Of a stretch of 64,000 nt of DNA, positions 55,802 through 63,518 are shown in pieces. The translations under genes were made by a program, and so were the position numbers. The first letter of the stretch is position 1. Each line of letters opens with the position of its first letter. Below the pieces are notes generated by a model. The model saw nothing but the letters and a program-made list of their open reading frames with translations, was not told the DNA's origin and searched no databases. The stretch comes from an uncultured Gammaproteobacteria bacterium (GTDB taxonomy: Bacteria; Patescibacteriota; Patescibacteriia; Magasanikbacterales; JBBTXJ01), in contig CAZSVL010000005.1 of the NCBI GenBank assembly GCA_964610305.1, forward strand, positions 14,815 to 78,814, read 5' to 3'.

Positions 55802-56521
55802 ATGGACTCAACACTCACAATAAAAAATCTTACGAAGAAATACGGTGAAAAAGTTGCTCTAGATAACATCTCGCTAGAAATAAAGAAGGGCGAGTTTTTT
55901 GGTTTTTTGGGGCCTAATGGAGCCGGGAAGACTACCACTATAAACTGTATTGTGGGGATTAATACTATTCAGAGCGGCTCAATAAATTTGTTTGGTTTGG
56001 ATGTAGTTAAAGATTATAGAGAGGCGCGCGCAAAAGTGGGCATCTCTCCTCAAGAGTTTAATGTTGATATTTTTGCGGCGCCAGAGAAAATTTTGTATTA
56101 CGTTGGTGGCTACTATGGCATGAGCAAAAAAGAGAGGAATAAGCGCATAGATGAGCTCTGCGAGCAGCTTGGTTTGCAGGAGCACAGAGATAAGCCCTTT
56201 AGAACACTCTCTGGTGGGCTCAAGCGTAGAGTTATGCTGGCACGCGCTCTTATTCATGATCCAGAGCTTTTGATTTTAGATGAGCCAACGGCCGGAGTAG
56301 ACGTTGAGCTGCGGCTTGAGCTGTGGGAGCATCTGCGGCGCATAAACAAGCAAGGAAAAACTATTTTGTTTACCTCTCATTATTTGGAAGAAGTGGAAAA
56401 ACTCTGCAGCAGAATCGCTATTATTAATAAGGGAAAATTGGTTGCGGTAGAGAACACATCAGAGATGACAAAAGACGGCACGCTTGAAAAGCGGTACTTG
56501 GAATTAACCAAAAAAGTATGA
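55802..56521 (+). CDS. ABC-2 transporter ATP-binding protein (YadG-like)
   Basis: GPNGAGKTT, LSGGLKRR, LDEPTAGVD. Confidence 0.93.
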   Translation: MDSTLTIKNLTKKYGEKVALDNISLEIKKGEFFGFLGPNGAGKTTTINCIVGINTIQSGSINLFGLDVVKDYREARAKVGISPQEFNVDIFAAPEKILYYVGGYYGMSKKERNKRIDELCEQLGLQEHRDKPFRTLSGGLKRRVMLARALIHDPELLILDEPTAGVDVELRLELWEHLRRINKQGKTILFTSHYLEEVEKLCSRIAIINKGKLVAVENTSEMTKDGTLEKRYLELTKKV

Positions 56522-57279
56522 ACTGGGCTGGAATGCTAACACTTTTGGATAAGGAATTTCAAAGGACGCGGCGCGTTTTTGTGCAGACACTTATTACGCC
56601 GTGGATATCCGCACTTTTGTACATATTCATCTTTGGCTACATTGTGGGTCAGCGGATAGATCTTATCTCTGGCATGCGCTACATAGATTTTGTTCTGCCC
56701 GGCATTGTGATGATGAATATTATTCAAAGCTCTTTTGGACAGGCTGGTTTCTCCCTTTATTTTCAGCGGTTTGCTCGGCATATAGAAGAGATGCTGGTGG
56801 CGCCGTTTTCATATTTGGAGATGGTTATTGGTTTTGTGCTAGGCGGCATAGCCCGTGGAATGCTGGTGGGAATAGGTGTGTATGTAATTTCAATATTTTT
56901 CTCTGCTGCAAACATGGCCCACGTTGGACTGTTTCTTCTCTATGGGGTGGCGGTCTCAATAATATTTAGCTTTTTGGGGCTTATTGTTGGTTTGTGGGCC
57001 GAGCAATTTGAGCATCTTTCTATTCTATCCACTTTTGTAATTACACCTCTCATATATGTTGGTGGCGTCTTTAACTCAATTGACATGCTGCCGCCGGCGC
57101 TTCAGACGCTTGTGCGCTTTAATCCTTTCTTTTACTTTGTAGATGGGCTGCGCTACTCAATGCTCGGAATCTCAGAGGCTAACACGGCACTTGGGTGGGT
57201 TGTCATTGTATCGCTAATAATTGTTTTAGGTTCTATCGTATGGTATCTTTTCTACAAAGGTTGGAAATTAAGAAATTAA
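56518..57279 (+). CDS. ABC-2 transporter permease (YadH-like)
   Basis: QTLITP...LYIFIFG, YIDFVLPG, FNPFFYFVDGLRY. Confidence 0.92.
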   Translation: MNWAGMLTLLDKEFQRTRRVFVQTLITPWISALLYIFIFGYIVGQRIDLISGMRYIDFVLPGIVMMNIIQSSFGQAGFSLYFQRFARHIEEMLVAPFSYLEMVIGFVLGGIARGMLVGIGVYVISIFFSAANMAHVGLFLLYGVAVSIIFSFLGLIVGLWAEQFEHLSILSTFVITPLIYVGGVFNSIDMLPPALQTLVRFNPFFYFVDGLRYSMLGISEANTALGWVVIVSLIIVLGSIVWYLFYKGWKLRN

Positions 57280-57280
57280 T

Positions 57281-58237
57281 ATGATGCAAGACGCAATCAA
57301 GAATTTTTCAAAACAATTTGAGTGGGAACCAAAGATGGAAAACGGTTCCGTAGAGGATCATGACCGGTTTATTGTCTGTGGGATGGGTGGATCTGCACTA
57401 GCGGCGGATATTCTCTCTGCGGTGGATCCAATGCTGGATATAATTGTTCATAGAGATTACGCACTTCCTTCTCCTCATGATATAAACAAGAGGCTTATTA
57501 TTTTTAGCTCTTATTCTGGGAACACGGCAGAGGTTTTGGACGCGTTTGATTTAGCTCTTGAACATAAAGAAGATCTTGCAATGGCGGTACTTACCACGGG
57601 CGGAGAGTTGCTCAAAAAGGCGCAAGACAACAATGTGTCTTACATTCAAATGTCAGACACCGGTATTCAGCCGCGTTCTGCCCTTGGATTTAATTTGCGC
57701 GGGCTACTTGCCTTTGTAAACAGGCCATCACTCATAAAAATGGTAGAAGAGTTGTCAGAGGAGTTGGGAGATTATAAGAAAGAAGGAGTTGAATTGGCTG
57801 GGCAGCTGCAGGACAAGATTCCTGTTATTTATTCATCAAGCACCAACAGAGCCATTGCCTACAATTGGAAAATTAAACTTAATGAAACCGGAAAAGTCCC
57901 CGCATTTTACAATGTTGTTCCAGAGCTTAATCATAATGAAATGACCGGGTTTGATGTGAGTGAAAAAGCAGGTGGCTTGCTTAAGAACTTAGCGTTTGTT
58001 TTTCTTACTGATGAAGATGACGATAAGCGGAACCAAAAGAGGTTTGAAGTGCTGCAGAAACTCTACAGAGAGCGAGGCATGACCGTAATAAAAAAACCCC
58101 TAGGGGGAGAAGGGTTTGCAAAAGTATTTAACTCGCTTTTACTCGCCGATTGGACAGCGGTCACGCTAGCCGAATACTACGGGCACGAATCAGAGCAGGT
58201 GCCAATGGTGGAGGAGTTTAAAAAACTTATAGCCTAG
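57281..58237 (+). CDS. Bifunctional phosphoglucose/phosphomannose isomerase
   Basis: GMGGSA, SSYSGNTAE, QPRSALG, WKIKLNETGK, PELNHNE. Confidence 0.92.
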   Translation: MMQDAIKNFSKQFEWEPKMENGSVEDHDRFIVCGMGGSALAADILSAVDPMLDIIVHRDYALPSPHDINKRLIIFSSYSGNTAEVLDAFDLALEHKEDLAMAVLTTGGELLKKAQDNNVSYIQMSDTGIQPRSALGFNLRGLLAFVNRPSLIKMVEELSEELGDYKKEGVELAGQLQDKIPVIYSSSTNRAIAYNWKIKLNETGKVPAFYNVVPELNHNEMTGFDVSEKAGGLLKNLAFVFLTDEDDDKRNQKRFEVLQKLYRERGMTVIKKPLGGEGFAKVFNSLLLADWTAVTLAEYYGHESEQVPMVEEFKKLIA

Positions 58238-59384
58238 CAACTTCCGCGGCGTCAGCCGCGGTTTTTGTAAGCTGCTCCACGTCAAGAGCTTGCTCTGCTA
58301 TATGAATTTCACTGAGTTTTGCCTTGGTTTCTACCTGCCGTGGCGCAAAAAGAGTGCAGCAGTCATCATGCGGCTGCTGAGAAATCTCCAATGTCCCAAT
58401 GCTCTGGGCTTTTTTTATTATATCCTTTTTATCAAATCCAATGAGCGGGCGCAGTACTGGCATGCTCAGAACTTCAGAAGTGGCGGTCATATTTTCTATG
58501 GTCTGTGATGCCACTTGGCCCAGCGCCTCTCCGGTGATAATAGCTTTTGCTTTCTCTTTTTGTGCGATGCGCTGCGCAATACGCATCATAAAACGACGAT
58601 AGAAAATAATGCGGAATTTTTCTGGTACACTCATCATTATTTTTCTTTGAACATCAGCAAAAGCCACTTCATAAAGCTTCATGTTTGGTTGAAATTTTTT
58701 GAGCACCTCGGTGAGCTCGCGGACTTTTTCAATGCTGAATTCAGAGGTAAACGGGGCAGAGTGAAAATGCACGGGAATAATCTGAGCGCCGCGCTTCATA
58801 ATCTGCCACGCAGCCACAGGAGAGTCTATGCCGCCACTGAGCATCACCACCATTTTTCCTGATACCCCAACAGGCAGACCGCCCGGACCCTGAATTTTTT
58901 TTGTGTAGATAAATGCGGAGCCGTTTGCAATTTCAATAAAACAAGTGTTATCTGGCTTTTCTAGTTTTACGGCTAGGCTGTGTTTTTTATTTATTGCAGC
59001 ACCAACACGAACGTTAATTTCCTGAGAGGAAAGCGGAAAATTCTTATCAGATCTCTGCGTGGTCACTCTAAAGTTTCCAGCTTTGTCACTCATCTGCTCA
59101 AGCGCCTGCTTTTCAATAGCTTCTATATCAAAAGAGACTTTGCTAGCAAAGGCAAAATTGGCGATCCCAAACACATGGCGCAGAGCCTGCGTTACTTTTT
59201 CCACATTAGCTTCTGGTTTAAGCACTAAAAGAAGACGTCCATATAGACGCTTAACATCAACAAGAGATCCCGCAGCTTGATCCTTTAGAACACTCTTTAC
59301 ATTAGAAATCAGCTGCTTTTCAAAGACAATTCTATTCTTGCCCTTCAGACCAATTTCATCGTAGTGCACAATAGCATTTTGCAT
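58227..59384 (-). CDS. thiI: tRNA 4-thiouridine(8) synthase
   Basis: HYDEIGLKGKNR, THUMP domain, GGLPVG, LSGGIDSPVA, GEALGQVASQT. Confidence 0.96.
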   Translation of the reverse strand: MQNAIVHYDEIGLKGKNRIVFEKQLISNVKSVLKDQAAGSLVDVKRLYGRLLLVLKPEANVEKVTQALRHVFGIANFAFASKVSFDIEAIEKQALEQMSDKAGNFRVTTQRSDKNFPLSSQEINVRVGAAINKKHSLAVKLEKPDNTCFIEIANGSAFIYTKKIQGPGGLPVGVSGKMVVMLSGGIDSPVAAWQIMKRGAQIIPVHFHSAPFTSEFSIEKVRELTEVLKKFQPNMKLYEVAFADVQRKIMMSVPEKFRIIFYRRFMMRIAQRIAQKEKAKAIITGEALGQVASQTIENMTATSEVLSMPVLRPLIGFDKKDIIKKAQSIGTLEISQQPHDDCCTLFAPRQVETKAKLSEIHIAEQALDVEQLTKTAADAAEVARL

Positions 59385-59434
59385 AGCCGCAGTATTACAT
59401 ATTTTTCGCTAAATATCAAGCTATTTGACGTGTG

Positions 59435-59463
59435 TTGACAAATAGGAGATTATATGTTATAGT
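59435..59463 (+). promoter_or_regulatory. Sigma-70 promoter of the 617-aa gene
   Basis: TTGACA-N17-TATAGT with extended TG, 9 nt before the ATG. Confidence 0.7.
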
Positions 59464-59472
59464 GGTTCGTTT

Positions 59473-61326
59473 ATGAAATACGTTAAATCTAACACAGAGG
59501 CTCTCCAGGAGAGGCACAAAAAAGTGTACGAGGATTTTTTTGCCCAGCAAGAGGTGGTGATATCTTCAGGCTTTTGTTATTCTATGGCTTCTGGTCTTTC
59601 TTGGCGTGTTGGTGCACCTGCGATTCACCACAAGCTTCCTTTTAAATGCTACGTTGGAATAAGTAGGGGCGAGGCGAAAGGTAAGATTACCGCAGGTAAG
59701 GTGCAGTATTTTTCTGCTCGGTTGAATCAATTTAGAGAGCCGGATTTTGATCCTGTAAGATGGGATGTTGGGATTCCAAGAGTGGAAAAACTTTTAAATA
59801 ATAAATTAGGAAAAGATTTTGACGGCTGTACGGTTTCTGTTTTGATGGAGAGATCAGAGGATAGAGGAATTGACACAGCACTTTCACAGACCATTATTGC
59901 TGCCATATATTTAAGGTATAAGTTGGCTACCGTAACTGAGATAAATAATTTTGCTCGGCTTTCTCACAAAGAGGTGGCGCAGAAGCAAACGCCAATTTCT
60001 AAGTTGTACAGGGAAATTCACACTGAAGGGCTGAAGATTTCTTCTGTTATCCAAATGGGTTCCGCAGCCGGTTCCTCTGGTTTTTCAAATCTTATGTATT
60101 CTGAATTTCCCACCGTACATGTAACTGAAGAGAGAGCCGGAAGTGTGAGGAAACCATATGGGGACCAATCCTACGAGCCTATTAATGTTCTTGACGATGT
60201 GCAGAGAGTAGAAAAAATGAAATGGTGGGGTTATAGGCTTAATGAGCTTTCAGATGTGCAGGGAGAGTTTCCCCTTGAGGTTGTGAGCATCTTTCCGGGA
60301 TCAGCGCGTATTTTATATTCTGCCTCTGCCTACACCTCTAGCGTGCTTTTACCTAGCTTTGATACGTTACGCGACGACATAAAAGAGATGTTTTCTGATA
60401 TAGATACCAATGATAACAAACGCATCCCTCCATTTTTAAAGTATGTAACTCAAGATGGTAAGTATTGGCAAGATTATGCAAGAGGACAAGTTTATTCTCG
60501 TCTGTATCTTTTGCGTGCTCTAGTAAATTTATACAAAAATAAGCTATCTTCAGCTACAACCGAGGATTTTTTGGAAGCCATAAAGTCAATGTTTGGGCTG
60601 AATGCGCCATTTGAAGAGACGCCGTCACGTAATATTCAAACCATTGTTCGAGCTCTTAGGCGTAAGGCAAATCAAAAAGGTATTCCTATTGCTGTTAGAT
60701 CTCACTTTTGGGGAAAGCAGGATGGAAACATTTTAGTATATTTTCCTCCGAAAAAATTTAGAGACGCAATAAATGAGGTGGTAGAAGACATGAAACAAGA
60801 AGTAGATTCTTCTATCCATATAGATTTTAGCTCTTGGCTTGATGGGTGGGGCACAGACGGTATCCGTGTAGAGCAATCCATATCAGACGGAGTATTTTCT
60901 GATTTTACCAACCAAAATGCAAAGCGCGTGATTCAATATGGGCCTAAGGGGATAAAGACAGATATTGTAGAGCGCGTCTCTCGCAGCAAATACGACATTC
61001 TTCTGAGTAAAATTGACGACAAGATATTTGTAGGTGGGCAGGAGTGTACCTCTAAGGATTTACCATCTCAAAAGGCAACCATAGAGATACTATCTGTTTT
61101 AATTGAAAAAGCGGGGATTGCTGTTTCAAATGCTGATTTGCCTAAAAATACTTACACATCATACAGAAATGAGCTTCAGGGCAAGATAATTACGCCCCTA
61201 TGTAAGCTGGTAGAGGATAGATTAGAAAAGAATTTGGCGCTTAAAATAGAGGGTAAATTAATGAATTTTGACGTAACTCTGGATTTGGGCAACCTTAAAA
61301 TTGGTGTTTTAGATAAGATTTCCTAA
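59473..61326 (+). CDS. Putative transcriptional regulator: degenerate GHMP-kinase-like domain plus C-terminal winged helix
   Basis: GHMP-like spacing of motifs (VISSG...VGAPAI...CYVGI; TVSVLMERSEDRGID; WGKQDGNILVY). C-terminal KIFVGG...IEILSVLIEKAG...VSN...RNELQGKIITPL resembles an OmpR-type wHTH. Confidence 0.6.
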   Translation: MKYVKSNTEALQERHKKVYEDFFAQQEVVISSGFCYSMASGLSWRVGAPAIHHKLPFKCYVGISRGEAKGKITAGKVQYFSARLNQFREPDFDPVRWDVGIPRVEKLLNNKLGKDFDGCTVSVLMERSEDRGIDTALSQTIIAAIYLRYKLATVTEINNFARLSHKEVAQKQTPISKLYREIHTEGLKISSVIQMGSAAGSSGFSNLMYSEFPTVHVTEERAGSVRKPYGDQSYEPINVLDDVQRVEKMKWWGYRLNELSDVQGEFPLEVVSIFPGSARILYSASAYTSSVLLPSFDTLRDDIKEMFSDIDTNDNKRIPPFLKYVTQDGKYWQDYARGQVYSRLYLLRALVNLYKNKLSSATTEDFLEAIKSMFGLNAPFEETPSRNIQTIVRALRRKANQKGIPIAVRSHFWGKQDGNILVYFPPKKFRDAINEVVEDMKQEVDSSIHIDFSSWLDGWGTDGIRVEQSISDGVFSDFTNQNAKRVIQYGPKGIKTDIVERVSRSKYDILLSKIDDKIFVGGQECTSKDLPSQKATIEILSVLIEKAGIAVSNADLPKNTYTSYRNELQGKIITPLCKLVEDRLEKNLALKIEGKLMNFDVTLDLGNLKIGVLDKIS

Positions 61327-61347
61327 AAAGCAGACATAGACGAGGAT

Positions 61348-61377
61348 AAAATAATGGCTCAACAAAGCCATTATTTT
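61348..61377. terminator. Perfect 12-bp inverted repeat (terminator or operator)
   Basis: AAAATAATGGCT-N6-AGCCATTATTTT. Confidence 0.6.
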
Positions 61378-61476
61378 GTTTCTCAGATTTTTCAGTATTT
61401 TTCATTCTCAGATCCGTTAAGATAGTAACAAAGATCTGACGCGGTGTTGGATCAGGTTCCTTCAAGGAGTTCAGTT

Positions 61477-61584
61477 ATGTCGTGTGGTCTCGGTGGTCCC
61501 AACAGCAATCCGTTTGCCCCCAACCCCTACATCACGCCTCCCGCTATCCTGCCTGAGGATGCGCGGCGGATCCTGGGGCAGTAA
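61477..61584 (+). CDS. Micro-ORF A, 35 aa (MSCGLGGPNSNPFAPNPYITPPAILPEDARRILGQ)
   Basis: AAGGAG SD 7 nt upstream; below the ORF-track cutoff. Confidence 0.6.
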   Translation: MSCGLGGPNSNPFAPNPYITPPAILPEDARRILGQ

Positions 61585-61632
61585 GGGGCAGAGCGGAAAG
61601 GCTTATTGAGTGAGGGCGCAGAGTTCACTCTA

Positions 61633-61698
61633 GGGGATAGGCGTGCGTATCTATCCCCCTTTATACCAAAGCGGAAGTGGTCCGATTTGGTTAGAGGG
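61633..61698 (+). repeat. Double-hairpin element, copy 1
   Basis: GGGATAG/CTATCCC hairpin + CCTTTATACC-AAAGCGGAAGTGGTCCGATTT-GGTTAGAGG. Confidence 0.85.
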
Positions 61699-61717
61699 TG
61701 CAAAACAGGAGAGAAAA

Positions 61718-61879
61718 ATGGCACTGGGAATTTTCTGCGCACTTGCTGCTGCCGCGGCCGGTGCGGCTGCAGCAGCTGCTGTAGATGAGGTAACCAGCGG
61801 GTGCGGATGTGGTCATGGGCGCTATGGCCCCACGTACTGTAGTGAACATGCGCCGCCTGATGATTATCCAACTGATTAA
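61718..61879 (+). CDS. Micro-ORF B, 53 aa (MALGIFCALAAAAAGAAAAAAVDEVTSGCGCGHGRYGPTYCSEHAPPDDYPTD)
   Basis: AGGAG SD; starts 20 nt after element copy 1. Confidence 0.65.
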   Translation: MALGIFCALAAAAAGAAAAAAVDEVTSGCGCGHGRYGPTYCSEHAPPDDYPTD

Positions 61880-61916
61880 CATGAGGCAAGTATTTACCCC
61901 AAAAGAGGAGGGTGTT

Positions 61917-62027
61917 ATGGATTGTGGTGGATGCATTCCGGGGCCGTATACCGGCTCGTCTGATCATTTGTTGAATGATGATTTGTGCACAAATGAGCTT
62001 ATGGTGGGTACCAGTGTATTATCCTGA
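61917..62027 (+). CDS. Micro-ORF C, 36 aa (MDCGGCIPGPYTGSSDHLLNDDLCTNELMVGTSVLS)
   Basis: GAGGAGG SD upstream. Confidence 0.5.
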   Translation: MDCGGCIPGPYTGSSDHLLNDDLCTNELMVGTSVLS

Positions 62028-62131
62028 GCCTACTAGTAATTGCCATTTCTGTGGGACATCTCATGACTCTAGGAGTACGTGTCCCACGATTCCGCGCTGC
62101 TTGGGAGTGATGAGTGGTTGGGAGAATCCTA

Positions 62132-62230
62132 ATGTGTGATCCGATTACCTTGTTGGTTCTCGCTGGCGCTGCAGCGATCGCGACGTCCGCCGCACTTTCG
62201 TCATCGGATGATGATGACTGTCACAATTGA
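62132..62230 (+). CDS. Micro-ORF D, 32 aa (MCDPITLLVLAGAAAIATSAALSSSDDDDCHN)
   Basis: GGGAG SD; stop 6 nt before element copy 2; Ala-rich then acidic, like ORF B. Confidence 0.6.
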   Translation: MCDPITLLVLAGAAAIATSAALSSSDDDDCHN

Positions 62231-62236
62231 GTAGCT

Positions 62237-62295
62237 GGAGGACAATGTGTCCTCCCCTTTATACCTCATCAGAGCGGTTCTGATGAGGTTAGAGG
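62237..62295 (+). repeat. Double-hairpin element, copy 2
   Basis: GGAGGACA-ATG-TGTCCTCC + CCTTTATACC-TCATCAGAGCGGTTCTGATGA-GGTTAGAGG. Confidence 0.88.
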
Positions 62296-62314
62296 GCAGC
62301 ACAAGGAGTTTGCC

Positions 62315-62422
62315 ATGCGTTCAGACATTGATGTGATCTTGGACAACACTTCCCCTACGCGGATTCACCGCGACAACATGGGTCAGATTGTGCGGATTGG
62401 TCCACCGATCCTGCGACCTTAG
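62315..62422 (+). CDS. Micro-ORF E, 35 aa (MRSDIDVILDNTSPTRIHRDNMGQIVRIGPPILRP)
   Basis: AAGGAG SD; starts 19 nt after copy 2 and ends 15 nt before copy 3. Confidence 0.6.
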   Translation: MRSDIDVILDNTSPTRIHRDNMGQIVRIGPPILRP

Positions 62423-62437
62423 CCGTAGTTCATACTT

Positions 62438-62498
62438 GGAGGATACGCTTGTATCCTCCCCTTTATACCGCACCAGAGATTTCTGGTTCGGTTAGAGG
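62438..62498 (+). repeat. Double-hairpin element, copy 3
   Basis: GGAGGATAC-GCTT-GTATCCTCC + CCTTTATACC-GCACCAGAGATTTCTGGTTC-GGTTAGAGG. Confidence 0.88.
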
Positions 62499-62633
62499 AT
62501 AACGCAATTAAGATACGCGAAGCTACGCAATTGCATATGGCGCGCGTGCAAGGAATTGCATACGTTTTTTTCGCTAGCATGCAGGGTAACCGTATTGCCG
62601 GCTCCAGACAGGTTTTTGGTAAAATTTAGCAAC

Positions 62634-62653
62634 AGCCGCCTTTGGCGGTTTTT
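62634..62653 (+). terminator. Terminator closing the micro-ORF array
   Basis: AGCCGCC-TTT-GGCGGTT followed by a T-run. Confidence 0.65.
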
Positions 62654-62658
62654 GCACT

Positions 62659-62832
62659 ATGTACACAAGACTCAAATGCATAAAATGCAATGCAGACGCG
62701 CGTGGCTATGAATGTGCCATGTGCGGCCTTATCATGTATGCGTTTGATGCATTCCATGAGTGTGGTAGTGGTCAAGTACTTCCGCGCTGCGGCGGATGTT
62801 TGACAAATGAGGTGGAATGCGATTGTATATAA
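62659..62832 (+). CDS. Small Cys-rich metal-binding protein, 57 aa
   Basis: MYTRLKCIKCNADARGYECAMCGLIMYAFDAFHECGSGQVLPRCGGCLTNEVECDCI: CxxC, CxxC, HxC, CxxC, CxC. Confidence 0.7.
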   Translation: MYTRLKCIKCNADARGYECAMCGLIMYAFDAFHECGSGQVLPRCGGCLTNEVECDCI

Positions 62833-62855
62833 AAAAGAAAAGAGAGGAGGAAAGG

Positions 62856-63482
62856 ATGAAAAGTGTAATCTTGTTTGACGTGGGTGGAGTGATAGATGGT
62901 GGTGGTGCGGTTTCGGGTAATCAAACTACGCCAGCTCTTTTTTCTGAGAGGTTCGGTGTTGATCCGCAGGCTTTTATTCTAGCTCGTAGGAAAGCATGGC
63001 GTCCTTTAAAACTCGGGAAGATTTCTGTAGTAGATTTTTGGACCTCCATTTTCAACGAGTTGGAAATTCCGGTTGATATCGCCGCAGCAATGGAAGTGTA
63101 TGAGGGTACGATAAGCGCGGTTCCTGGAATGCTGGATCTTGTGTCAGAATTGAATGACGGGGGCTATACTCTGGCGCTAGCCAACAATGAGGGTCGCGAG
63201 TTTGATGATTTGCGTGAAAGTAAGTTCGATTATTTTCGGTTATTCAAACACCGTTTTCCTTCCTGGAAGTTAGGTCTGGGCAAGCCCGACCCTGCTTATT
63301 TCCAGGAAGTGTTGAAACGTGGTAATTGGAGTCCGCAGCAATGCATTTTTGTGGATGATAAAATGATTAACGTGCAAGCCTCAATAAAGGAAGGCATTAC
63401 AGGAATTCATTGTGAAGCAAACGCAAGGATTCTTCGCTCAGCTCTTATCAGCTTGGGTGTTAAACTATTCAATCAGGCTTAA
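62856..63482 (+). CDS. HAD-superfamily phosphatase (YihX-like)
   Basis: LFDVGGV, GLGKPDP, FVDD; GAGGAGG SD. Confidence 0.9.
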   Translation: MKSVILFDVGGVIDGGGAVSGNQTTPALFSERFGVDPQAFILARRKAWRPLKLGKISVVDFWTSIFNELEIPVDIAAAMEVYEGTISAVPGMLDLVSELNDGGYTLALANNEGREFDDLRESKFDYFRLFKHRFPSWKLGLGKPDPAYFQEVLKRGNWSPQQCIFVDDKMINVQASIKEGITGIHCEANARILRSALISLGVKLFNQA

Positions 63483-63518
63483 TGCACCCGTCTGAGGAAC
63501 ACTCGCAAGGAGGATGAT

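Noticed and set aside
61658-61667. TTATACC shared between the repeat box and the tRNA-Ile(UAU) anticodon arm
   Set aside because: Only a 7-nt match, and in the repeat it is predicted to be paired rather than looped; likely chance.
61527-61967. 146-aa and 81-aa minus-strand ORFs from the track
   Set aside because: They are antisense to SD-led plus-strand micro-ORFs, have no SD or motifs, and look like shadows of GC-rich sequence.
61633-62498. CRISPR array or canonical integron attC array
   Set aside because: The repeats vary internally, spacing is irregular (~540 and ~140 nt) and holds ORFs, there is no RYYYAAC/L-box architecture, and no cas or intI gene is in the window. Kept as a novel element instead.
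62538-62711. ORF following element copy 3
   Set aside because: No SD, runs through the terminator and overlaps the more convincing Cys-rich ORF.
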